Assembly (NCBI GenBank): GCA_976226885.1 | Contig: OZ320317.1 | Location: forward strand, 38,626,001-38,690,000 | Source: Iphione sp. A-MEVVRFRX5 | Lineage: Eukaryota | Direction: 5' to 3' | Length of the DNA: 64,000 nucleotides | In this document: positions 1-9,982 of the stretch, one piece after another | Numbering within the stretch: position 1 is the stretch's first letter | Layout: every line of letters begins with the position of its first letter | Notes under the pieces: generated by a model | Database searches by the model: none | What the model was told of the DNA's origin: nothing | Seen by the model: the letters and a program-made list of their open reading frames with translations, nothing else | Made by a program: the position numbers and the translations under genes

Positions 1-194
1 TTTCAGTTGATTCTTGAAGGTTGGTTTGTTTTGATTTGTTCATATGCCAACGTAAAATGGTATACGGTGGGTGCGATACAAACATAAACTGTGCCCCACT
101 CGCCTTCTCATCTTTCTTCGCGGTCATCAGCACTTATCGCCTTTTAAACACTGAAGTACGGTGACCACCCACTCGCATTTAGAGGTACATTTAC

Positions 195-346
195 CCTAGT
201 TCCCAAGCGGCACCCGCTGCACGTGTAGATTTATAACCATGTTTTGCCTTAACCGATCCAGCGGAAGACATGGGGAGCTGTGCGGGGTTCCTCATACCCC
301 AGGCAGCAGCCAGCATGATTTGGTCAGCAGTGAGATTGAATGGTAT
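195..346 (-). other. Candidate exon of an unidentified gene (IPFNLTADQ...GAAWELG)
   Basis: On the minus strand, a CTTCAG acceptor precedes 346 and a GG|GTAAAT donor follows 195. Only one frame is open across the 152 nt. The last 25 nt are identical to those of the exon candidate at 1690-1769. No recognisable protein family. Confidence 0.3.
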
Positions 347-1567
347 CTGAAGCAGGCGCGCCCGCCATCTCCGCTGTCGGGGACGCCGAGCTGAGCCCAC
401 GGACGTCAAACTTTACGACCGGTTCCACCTGCCAAGTCAGCACTTTCCCATTGCGACTTTTTCTGCGAGATGCATGCGCAACCCTTCAGAGTCCGATCAC
501 CGCTTGAAAAGGTACATGTGTGAGGCTACGGCGCCCCATACAAATGTACAGTTAGTCCACAGTGCGCAAATATTTCGATATATTTCCGTCTTTTTTCTGA
601 CCTTTGAGATATATTTTTGGCGGTTTTCGTCTCTACACCGTCACTGAGATATTCAACCTTTATCTCCTATCGTTAGAAGCCTCCTAAATGCTACGAGTCT
701 TTTTATCTTATGTTCTCTACTCCTGATGCTGGTGTGGAGCAATCCCCCGCATTTTCTCTTCCTTCCTGTTTCGTCTCTACCGAACCTTGATATATGTACT
801 AACTATTTAGTGATATTTCAGAGAAGTAAAAGGTGGAAAACCTCAAGTTCACTTCACTTTTTCTGTACGACCAGGTTCTCAGTTTTTCCTCGATTAAACG
901 GGCACTTAAAATAGAACCAATTAATTTTTAAAATCCTCTTTTTTCATCCCAGGAAGATCCATCAATTGGATTCACCAAGAGACCATTTCCCAGCGCGTGA
1001 GAGAATAAATTAAGATCAGCATGCATTTATACATGCTCCTAATTTGCAAGGATAAGCTACATTATCCCCAAATTAACACTGTTCACACTTCAAAGCCATA
1101 TGAGATACCGAAAGTATATTTATATACTTTAACATTTTTTAGGATAGCTGCTCGTAGTGGCTTAGGTTAAAACTGCGTATTTAGAGCCAGTATTTCCATC
1201 TGTTTTTACGTTTGAAATGTCATTTCCGTAGAATATGGTTTCATTAATAAAATTTAGGAAATCATATCTAGTTTATGATACATCATTAATACATTTGTAC
1301 ATTCTACTATAATATACTATAATATTATCCAGCCAGGTAACGTTCTGTTCTAAGGACCCCTCAGTTTAAAGTCTTTGACGCAATTTATTCGTTTTAAACT
1401 CATTTTTCACTAGAAATATTAGAAACTTATTCCTTTGCGCCAATTTTTTCATTTCCCTTTATAAGTTCATTTACAAATGTATATAAGACACTGATCAATC
1501 TTCTGACCTCCTAGTCGATCTTGTACAAGGCAGAATCGGAACACTTCGACTATATCAACACTTTGCA

Positions 1568-1587
1568 ATATATATATATATATATAT
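1568..1587. repeat. (AT)10 microsatellite
   Basis: Read directly from the sequence. Confidence 0.95.
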
Positions 1588-1689
1588 GACGAGGACCACT
1601 TGGTAATATATACGGTCAGGACTCGAAAACCGAATAGATAGTGTTTCACTGAATTGTGTCCAGGCGAGTTGTTGCAACTCATGAGTTAC

Positions 1690-1769
1690 CCTAGTTCCCA
1701 AGCGGCACCCATACAAATGTTGTATGAGACGTGGGCAAGAATAGTTTTTAAAAGCCAGTACATCTTTTT
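1690..1769 (-). other. Candidate exon of an unidentified gene (KKMYWLLKTILAHVSYNICMGAAWELG)
   Basis: On the minus strand, a TTTGTAG acceptor precedes 1769 and a GG|GTAACT donor follows 1690. It shares a 25-nt 3' end (1686-1710) with 191-215. Confidence 0.3.
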
Positions 1770-4700
1770 CTACAAACTGAACTACAACGGGTCGTTCTAC
1801 CAAAGCACACATTTGGGTAAGTTGAGAAAGAGGGGTGGCATTGTTTGCTAGGTCAGTATTCACAAATGACTGCAACGCCATGCTCGAAAGTGTGCCATAA
1901 GCAAAGAAATTCCACGCCGTAATTCGTCAACATTTCTCAATCCAGCCAATGCAGGACGGACAAATATTACGCTGATAGGATATGTTTGGTTTACCTAGAT
2001 ACAATTTCATCTTTTCAAATCAGTCTCTGTCACTGTTGGAATTAATTATGGACACACACGAAGAATGCCTTCAATCCGTTAGCTTTTTCTCTAGACGTTA
2101 TGGACAGAGAAACGTCAGGAATCCCTTCTCTCAGATTGTGAGTTGTAAAGTGTAACCGTCTTTGGGACATTTATGGATATTAAAGCCGTAGTGGAACTAA
2201 CCAGTTGTTTGTCATCCCCTTGTGGTTATAATTGACTTTCGTTTCAGGCGTGGTCTGTAGGGGTCCTTTTTTTAGTTTCTTTATGCGCTTACTCAGATCA
2301 TACTCCAGCTCCAGCTGTTTTAGCTCTCAATTGGTACATTCTATCACAGCATCATGGGAATGCGGCAACTCCGATCTATCAAGTACAAGGCTCAAAGTCA
2401 TGCAAAAAAGAATAGGTAAAGTACTTTTCCTCAACAGCAATTGTAAATTTTTTATGATGTTTGGCAAAATCCATTATAACAGTAGTATAAGTAATAACCG
2501 AGTGGCACTGAGTACACTTTTATCCGTGTCAGTTGAACTGTATGTGAGTTATTCCGGCGGAGGGAATATCCATCTTGAGGTGGTTACTGGGAGGAAAAAG
2601 TGGACACCGGTTTTTCCTCGCTGAACAGCTTGCGATTAAGCAAGAAGATGTGTACCTTACCTATCCTTCTTATTAGTTGTTTCTGTAAATAAACGGCTGC
2701 TCCGAGGGTGGCTTCTAATGACTTGCTTCCTTGAGGTAACGCGGGGCGAGCTTTATCTATGTTTTGGTACCAGACGGAAGGAAAACATGTGCTTAACGTA
2801 CAAGATAAGATATCAGGATCAAACCTGTTAGAAGGTAACTCCCTCTGCTCGGCAAATGGCATCGAACCGATATTGTAAGCTATGGTCCTTCGTAGTTTCA
2901 GGAGGGAATGAGATGGCTAAAAGGATGACGGTTCACAGAACACAAAGGACAGCCACTAGTCGAATGTGTACACAGTTCATATACGCAAGATTTTGAGTCG
3001 AAGTTACTTTCAACATGTTTTATATATTTATCAAGCACAGATTTATATATTTATGGACAACTCCCGAAGACTGAGTCTAATTCAGTTGTTCTTTGTGTCC
3101 AGAAACTTAGACAAGTAGCACCTACATAGCCTGGACATACAAGGATATTCGAAATGATTTAAGGAAAGATAGTACAGTATTCCAAGTCTTAGTCATATCT
3201 AACTTTGAGGGTAGGTAGAAGCGTAATTGAAGTGACCTTTTCGAGTATGTAAGAAGGATTAGCTGCTTAGTTGAATGTGCATTTTGCGCCAGGGGATGTG
3301 CCAGGTGGGCGTGGTGATGCCTTTTATGAAAGAGGAGACAGGTGCAGCACTGTCCTTACTGCATCATTAGTCGTTATATTGTAAGCTACCCTAGCTCAAG
3401 TCAAAGTCTGTGTAGTATACTTTGTAAATTATACTATCCTGTGTGTTAGAATTTGGTAATTGTTTCAGTAATGATACGTCGGACTAATGAAAGTTCATTT
3501 GGAAGAAAACGGCAAAAATGTATATTCGTCACACTTTCACGTCTTTGTTACACGCTTGATTTAATTTTAAAAGAGATGACACTCAACCACGAATTAGCAA
3601 TACTTGGAGATTGCCCCAGATCTTCTCACATGACATTCGGACCGGTCTATTAAGAACGAACTACCAAGATCTGTTCAGATCATACAATGATGAAGGTGAC
3701 GGGTTAACTACAGGTTGCGTTCAACCTGGACGAGAAGGCTTTATTTAGACTCATTACAGGCAAGATGTGCATATTATTTTTACAGTCGTCCTAATAGCAC
3801 GAATGGTTGGTTACCTTGGGCCTATTGCAAGTAAGAACGTGGAGCAGGAATACTATGTACACGGCATAGGTTGTATATTGGTTCAAAAGTGCCCAAGGTC
3901 TGAGAAGTTTGCCACCTCCTTCCTTTGTATTGCTAGTATAATGTAGAACAATCTTCCTGTCTCAATAAGACAGAAGGTTGACCACAACAAGATTACGGGG
4001 TTAACAAAAAGAGAAATCTGCGTCACTTGGGACGCATTTGAGTGGCATAGGCATAATTATGTCTATGTAACTGAGACCTAGCTCCGATTATGTTGTCTAT
4101 ATTTATGTGAAATGCTTCCTTTTTCTTAACTGAATTCTCCTCACTGTATTGTTTGCCTAATTGTGTTATTTTTGTGTTTGTTCCCTGGAAGATTTTCAAA
4201 ATATATCTTGAAGCTGATGAATAAAGAAGCTGCTTTTCATATCGTATCTGTTGAAATCGTGACTATGTGCGGATCAAGCCACACTCAAGCGTTTGGTAGA
4301 CGACTGTAAATAATGCTGTAGTACACACAGAACGGAAACTTCCTGTGGTATTCCATCATACAGACCAAACAGGTACAAAAATTAACCTTGAACTCAGATA
4401 GTTCTTGTCAGAAAGATAATAAATGTAGTATAACTATGCTGTCTAACTGCCTTGACTGAATAAAATATATTAAACTTTGGCCGGTGAAACCGAATTATTT
4501 TCAAGAGCAGCTTGATGATCTTACTGTATAGAAATCAGCTGATTTAGATTAGGACTAACTAAAATCCGTCAATGTTATATACATTAAGGTTCTCTTATTG
4601 TGTTTGTACAGTAGTGACCGGATAACTGCTCATAACACTGTATTAACTTTCAGGGGTAGCTAAAAGAGGCTAATACGATCAAGAGAGTAAGGACGAGATG

Positions 4701-5222
4701 TCCACATTCTGATTAGCAGGATTATGTTAGTTGTCAATCACGTTCAAACAAAAGCGTTATCGTGGTAGGTTTGCTACTGATGAACTAATGACGTATATGT
4801 ACATTAGATTTCAATTGGAGAAGGTCATTGCTGATAGAAAGTGCCTTGATTAACAGATTGCTTTATTTTCGGTATGGAGTTTATGTTATGCAAATTCCCT
4901 TGCCATCTTATGCTAATAAAACGTAACAAATTGTTCTAAATGAGCTTGCGTCTTTGTATTTGCAATCCTGCTACCGAGAGAATGCATTCAGTTATAGATG
5001 TCTCTCTAACATCTACAGGCACTCGTATGATATTAATTGTTAACACGTTGGATATAGCAATGATGAAGACATTTCAGTACGAATACCATTCGTTAAAAAT
5101 AACGGTAAGAAATATGTTCTGTAAATATACAACTACTGTACGCTGTTTCATGCCAGCAAATAATTCAGTATTGCACAATGGCAACCAGGAAGCAACCACA
5201 ACTCCGCGTATATGAAACTACA

Positions 5223-5342
5223 AATGGCAACGGCATGGTACAGGGCGAGTCATTGAGAGTGTAATCACCCCTGACCGTCTCTTACGTAAGTGTTGGTATA
5301 TAAGACCTTGCGCTCCACGCTTCTGCCTCTTTCTGTTTTCTC
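5223..5342 (+). repeat. Split direct repeat A1 (120 bp)
   Basis: Identical by eye to A2 at 9823-9942 (offset 4600). Confidence 0.95.
5297..5334 (+). promoter_or_regulatory. Putative core promoter in repeat A: TATA box plus pyrimidine (TCT-like) initiator
   Basis: TATATAAG at 5297-5304. CTCTTTCT centred on C5329, 32 nt downstream. The gag ATG is at 5390. Function is inferred. Confidence 0.5.
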
Positions 5343-5389
5343 GTTTCAGACACACGGTAGCAGGACCACAGAGCACTCAACGCGATACC

Positions 5390-6847
5390 ATGGCCTCTCA
5401 GGTGGTCGATGACGATATTGCTACCCCAGCAAAGCAAACGAGACAGGAAAAGCCACCGACAAAAGGAAAAGTGACTGACAGGCTCGAACGCCTCGAAAGG
5501 GCAATGTCTGAAATGAGTGAGCTAAAGGCCCATATTCTTGCAATTTCAGCCGCGGTTACAGTGAACCAGTCAGAGGAGGCGACCGAGCAAGGCCAGGCGC
5601 GAGAACTACACGTGACGACGGGTACCGACAGCACCGGACAAACCAGTTCTGCTACGTTAACCGCTGCTTCGAGTCAGGTCAATGCAGGTACCAGCCACGT
5701 GGCCAGCACTACTATACAACAGTTCCAACAAGCCGGCACTTCACAGCAACCAGCAACAACTACAACCAGTGCGACAACTATTCCCCTCCACCAGCAGCTC
5801 ACAAGCGGCCAGACGACAGCAGTGCCGTTTGTACCAGGGCAACAGGTCACAGGGCAACCGACGCAAGCGTCTACACGATACGGGGCAGCGCAGCACATCG
5901 GACCTTCAACCGCCAACATCTACGCGACCTACCCTCAACAGCCAACTATGATGACGAACAACCCAGCAACGACCATCGGTCAGTCGACAGCAGGCTTCGT
6001 TCCATTTGCAAACGCAGCTATTACAGCAAACATTAGGCCTCTACAAATACCGGCACCAGCCGACCTTCAGCGGGGACCGGCGGTCCAGCACTATATAGAC
6101 AGTTACCTAGACGCCACGGCGCCTTGGCTGTCTAATGCCCAAGACACGCGAGGTAATTTAGATATACGCATAAGACAGCTAATCCCAAAACCGCATATGT
6201 ATCTTACAAAGAAAGGCTTAGCTACACCTAAGCAACGTAATGAATACAGGGAACGCATGTCATACTTTGAGTTTGTAAATGCCTTTTTGGCAATGTTGAG
6301 GGACGAAAAGGCGATAGCTCCGACAGATAGGCCATACTTGTATGAGCATTTGTATAACATCAGTCAGGATGCACAAAACAGGCCATGGCCTCAGGTACGA
6401 CATTGGTCAAATAACATCTTTGATATGGTAGAAAGAAACGAGATTAGGTGGCAGGATTCAGATGTGATAAAATATGAACGCCTTAGAGTGTCAATGGCAA
6501 ATCCCTCTGATGATGACATAATTGATGTTCCATGCCCGTTGTTCAATAATGGTTCATGCAATTTCAAAGGTGACTTTCATTCAGAGAGTAGCCTACGCTT
6601 GTCCCATATTTGTATGTTCTGCCATGCTCTTAATGGAGCTAGGCATATGCACGCCAGCCAGGTCTGTGGTAAACGAGCCAAGGCAGCCGGACAGGTACGT
6701 TCAGGGCAGCACCAGCAACCAGGCCACGTCGCGCCACCACGCTTCCAACAGCAGAATGGACATCAGGGACAACAAGCAGCCCAGAATTCGACGCAACATA
6801 GGCAGCACCCAAAAAACGACCAGTGGCAGACTCCCATCAACCAGTGA
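5390..6847 (+). CDS. Gag-like ORF1 of the Ngaro element (485 aa)
   Basis: ATG in good context (ACCATGG). N-terminal coiled-coil-like segment, Q/T-rich linker, and C-terminal Cys/His zinc-finger cluster (CPLFNNGSC...H; HICMFC...H...C), as is typical of YR-retroelement gag. Confidence 0.85.
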   Translation: MASQVVDDDIATPAKQTRQEKPPTKGKVTDRLERLERAMSEMSELKAHILAISAAVTVNQSEEATEQGQARELHVTTGTDSTGQTSSATLTAASSQVNAGTSHVASTTIQQFQQAGTSQQPATTTTSATTIPLHQQLTSGQTTAVPFVPGQQVTGQPTQASTRYGAAQHIGPSTANIYATYPQQPTMMTNNPATTIGQSTAGFVPFANAAITANIRPLQIPAPADLQRGPAVQHYIDSYLDATAPWLSNAQDTRGNLDIRIRQLIPKPHMYLTKKGLATPKQRNEYRERMSYFEFVNAFLAMLRDEKAIAPTDRPYLYEHLYNISQDAQNRPWPQVRHWSNNIFDMVERNEIRWQDSDVIKYERLRVSMANPSDDDIIDVPCPLFNNGSCNFKGDFHSESSLRLSHICMFCHALNGARHMHASQVCGKRAKAAGQVRSGQHQQPGHVAPPRFQQQNGHQGQQAAQNSTQHRQHPKNDQWQTPINQ

Positions 6848-6877
6848 CAGCAACATGCAGTAATGGTGAGTCTGCCA
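6808..6877 (+). promoter_or_regulatory. Putative -1 programmed ribosomal frameshift signal
   Basis: Overlapping in-frame slippery heptamers C CCA AAA (6808-6814) and A AAA AAC (6811-6817). A 6-nt spacer follows. Then a stem in which 6824-6837 pairs with 6863-6877 (14 bp, one bulge). Confidence 0.7.
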
Positions 6878-8667
6878 GTTGTGGTATTGATTTTGAGAAG
6901 GTTAGGCAGATATGTGAGTCCGATGATAGGGATATCGCACCAATATGCTCATTCGAGATGTTGGCGTCATATCGCAGAAGGTGGTGGCCCCTACCAGTTA
7001 GGGGCCTAGTACCAGACGATCTAGCGTACATTTATAGTGTTGTCAGAGCAGATGGACGCCCTAATGCAGTAGGAGCAAAAATACAGATTCCAACCAAAAC
7101 CAACATACATGTTTGGGAAAAATACCTTAAAAATCATGAAGATACACAACTCCTTGATCTTTTGAAATACGGCTTCCCCCTCAGCTACTTAGGACCTGTA
7201 AGCAACACAAAAACACCACGTAATCATCCATCAGCGCTACAATTCCCAGAGGCAGTTGATGCGTATATTCAAAAAGAGAAGAAATATCAGGCGATATATG
7301 GCCCATTCGAGCAGCCACCCTTCTCGGGGTGGTTTCACACTTCCCCTCTTATGACCCGCCCTAAACGAGACTCTGAAGATAGGCGGGTCATAATGGATAT
7401 GTCCTTCCCATATGAAGAGTCTGTAAACGCATACATAGGGCGTAACATGGTCCTAGGTACAGTTCGAGATCACTCCCTTCCGACGGTTACAGCTCTGTTG
7501 TCAATTATAAGAGAGACCGAAGGGGATTTGCATTTGTGTACAGTTGACATTTCTCGAGCGTACAAAAACTTTCAGACATGCCCGTTGGACTGGCCCCTGC
7601 TGGGCCTATCATGGAAATGTAAGTACTACTTCGACACATCTATCCCCTCCGGCTCTCGTTGTTCTGCAAACCACATGCAGAGGATTGCAGACGCGCTGGT
7701 ACGTATATTGGCAGAGAAAAGGGTGGTGGCTTTCATGTACCTTGACGACCTGATTATATTAGGTCGTGACAAGGAAGAAGCAGAGAAGGCATATAGATGG
7801 GCTAAATCGTTGTTACAAGAGCTCGCCCTCCCAGAGGCAGAAGAAAAAGCCCAGCCACCGGCGAAAAGGGTGAAATGGCTAGGAGTGATAATTGACACTG
7901 GTTTGATGACAGTCTCTATTCCAATTGACAGGATAAAGGAAATCTTAAGATTGGTGCGTGATGTCAGTGAACTTCACAGTGTTTCGAAACATGATTACCA
8001 GAGCCTCCTCGGAAAATTGCTGCAGGTGGCTCGGTGTGTAGCTCCAGCTCGTCTCTTTTTAGGTCGACTCTTACGATGTATGAGGGAGGCATCGGGCAGG
8101 TACGTCAAGTTGTCTCGTGAAGCAAAACTGGACCTTCGATGGTTTGTGTGCTACCTGGAGGACTGGAACGGTGTGAGTATAATCCCCAACACAGTCGTTG
8201 CTCGAGAGGTGGTTGTCGACGCCTGTCTGGAAGGGATTGGTGGTGCGGACGATACGAAGTACTACGCAGAGCGTCTACCGGTTGGGTTCGAAGGTTTGCC
8301 TATTACTCAAATTGAGGCCTTGAACGTTCTGGTTGCTGCCCTGACCTTTGTTACCCCGCAGGATGCAGGTACGACAATCAAGATACGCTGTGACAACATG
8401 CCGGCCGTGGAGAACTTTAAAACAGGGAGAGGTCGCGATGAAGTTCTCCTTAGGTGTGCGAGGTCCCTTTGGCTCCACCAAGCGCGTTGCCAGGTCCAAT
8501 TCATCTACGAGCATACGCCCGGCCGGGACATGGTCCTGGCTGACGCCCTTTCTCGATGGTATACGGACGATAAATATCAAAAGGTAGCCATGGCTGAACT
8601 AATGTGTAGCGACTGTGTACGGGTACATCCTGTTACCAGGCTAGTGACATTATGGCCTGTTGTTTGA
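6823..8667 (+). CDS. Reverse transcriptase + RNase H (DIRS1-type), ORF2; probably translated as a Gag-Pol fusion
   Basis: RT motifs SPLMTRPK, DISRAYKNF, PLDWPLLG, YLDD and KWLGV. RNase H residues in VDAC, QIEAL, CDN and ADALSR. The ORF is in the -1 frame relative to gag and has no ATG before 6958. Confidence 0.92.
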   Translation: MADSHQPVTATCSNGESASCGIDFEKVRQICESDDRDIAPICSFEMLASYRRRWWPLPVRGLVPDDLAYIYSVVRADGRPNAVGAKIQIPTKTNIHVWEKYLKNHEDTQLLDLLKYGFPLSYLGPVSNTKTPRNHPSALQFPEAVDAYIQKEKKYQAIYGPFEQPPFSGWFHTSPLMTRPKRDSEDRRVIMDMSFPYEESVNAYIGRNMVLGTVRDHSLPTVTALLSIIRETEGDLHLCTVDISRAYKNFQTCPLDWPLLGLSWKCKYYFDTSIPSGSRCSANHMQRIADALVRILAEKRVVAFMYLDDLIILGRDKEEAEKAYRWAKSLLQELALPEAEEKAQPPAKRVKWLGVIIDTGLMTVSIPIDRIKEILRLVRDVSELHSVSKHDYQSLLGKLLQVARCVAPARLFLGRLLRCMREASGRYVKLSREAKLDLRWFVCYLEDWNGVSIIPNTVVAREVVVDACLEGIGGADDTKYYAERLPVGFEGLPITQIEALNVLVAALTFVTPQDAGTTIKIRCDNMPAVENFKTGRGRDEVLLRCARSLWLHQARCQVQFIYEHTPGRDMVLADALSRWYTDDKYQKVAMAELMCSDCVRVHPVTRLVTLWPVV

Positions 8668-9638
8668 TTGCAGATCCTGTCGCGAGCTGGTTGGCGGAGG
8701 AAGCGGTGGCCCTTGTAGGTCGGGCCCGGGCGTCAGGGACGCTCGCAAATCGTCGAGCGACAGCCAGACGGTACCTGGCCTTCTGCCACCGTTTTAACAT
8801 CGAACCTCTGACACCGAGCCCTCTACAGGCGTGTATGTATGTCCGCTACTTACAACATCATTTGTCCAGCCCTGGGTCAGTATCAAACTCAGTATCGGCC
8901 ATACGAGAGTTTATCAAAGACAAAGGAGCGGATGCCTCGGCCTGGTCGTCACGTCCGGTTGGCCTGGCACTGGATGCTGTCCACAGATCAAAAGAACATG
9001 TAGTTGTAAGGAAACGTGCATTATCAGTCAAGGATATACGGGCACTTGCATATGCTACACTTTCTGCCCCCTATGGGCTGATCATGAGATTAGCAATGCT
9101 CTTGATGTTCTATGCGGGCCTCAGACAATCTGAGGTGGTGCCGCGTTCGAAGAACACATTCGATCCATTGCGACACCTGACTAGGGCAGACGTGTGGATT
9201 GCTGACAATTTTCTTGTGATCCGTCAAAAATGGTCCAAGACACAACAAAATTATAACCAGTCCAGGAATGTTCATCTCCCACCTTCACCAGACACTGTAT
9301 TATGTCCGCTCACCACGTTCAACTTGTATTCCCAGGCATATCCAGAACGGTCGCCTTCAGCAGCATTCCTGACATGGCCAGAGACAATGGATCCTGTCAC
9401 AGCCCCATGGCTTCTTCACTCATTACTCCGGCTCGCGGCAGCCACTGGTATAGATACGTCTCAGCTGTCCTTACACAGCTTTAGGAGAACAGCCGCTACT
9501 ACAGCATATAGCAGAGGGTGTCCAGTTCAGGAGATAAAACACTTTGGCACATGGTCATCAGAGGCGTATAATTTATACATAGCAACAAAAGATGCGAAGT
9601 CAGTCTCTGGAGCGCTGGTCGATTCCCTACTCTCTTAA
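8652..9638 (+). CDS. Tyrosine recombinase, ORF3 (328 aa)
   Basis: Catalytic-type motifs AGLRQSE (R), HSFRR (HxxR) and GTWSSEAYNLY (W...Y). N-terminal core-binding region (TLANRR...YLAFC). Confidence 0.92.
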   Translation: MACCLIADPVASWLAEEAVALVGRARASGTLANRRATARRYLAFCHRFNIEPLTPSPLQACMYVRYLQHHLSSPGSVSNSVSAIREFIKDKGADASAWSSRPVGLALDAVHRSKEHVVVRKRALSVKDIRALAYATLSAPYGLIMRLAMLLMFYAGLRQSEVVPRSKNTFDPLRHLTRADVWIADNFLVIRQKWSKTQQNYNQSRNVHLPPSPDTVLCPLTTFNLYSQAYPERSPSAAFLTWPETMDPVTAPWLLHSLLRLAAATGIDTSQLSLHSFRRTAATTAYSRGCPVQEIKHFGTWSSEAYNLYIATKDAKSVSGALVDSLLS

Positions 9639-9648
9639 AATGTTTGGG

Positions 9649-9827
9649 CTTGGTATTTTATTCTATTTTACTTGTATCATAATTATTCAGGTGTTTTAAT
9701 TATTTGCATTGTCGATATTCTATGTCTACTTACACTGCGCAGAGCAGCTGGATATTGATATGTGCAATAAAGCCCAAAAGTATTGTAAACCTACCGTTTG
9801 CTTTATCTGTGATAAATCGAGCAATGG
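9649..9827 (+). repeat. Split direct repeat B1 (179 bp)
   Basis: Identical by eye to B2 at 9983-10161 (offset 334). Contains AATAAA at 9766-9771. Overlaps A2 by AATGG. Confidence 0.95.
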
Positions 9828-9942
9828 CAACGGCATGGTACAGGGCGAGTCATTGAGAGTGTAATCACCCCTGACCGTCTCTTACGTAAGTGTTGGTATA
9901 TAAGACCTTGCGCTCCACGCTTCTGCCTCTTTCTGTTTTCTC
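9823..9942 (+). repeat. Split direct repeat A2
   Basis: Copy of 5223-5342. Confidence 0.95.
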
Positions 9943-9982
9943 CCGCCCTCCACGCCCTTTTGTCACAAAATAAATCAGGGCA

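Noticed and set aside
2095-2415. Plus-strand exon-like segments (2095-2137 and 2324-2415) with good splice signals
   Set aside because: They are short, several frames are open, no motif is recognisable, and they cannot be linked into a gene model.
2876-4330. Possible solo LTR (TGTAAGCTA start, AATAAA at ~4220)
   Set aside because: I found no matching CA end with a TSD, no PBS/PPT and no second copy.
5398-9484. Small antisense and alternate-frame ORFs within the Ngaro element
   Set aside because: Expected by-products of GC-richer coding sequence, with no motifs.
8652-9638. Phage/ICE integrase interpretation of the tyrosine recombinase
   Set aside because: It sits with gag and RT between split direct repeats, in intron- and microsatellite-containing eukaryotic DNA.
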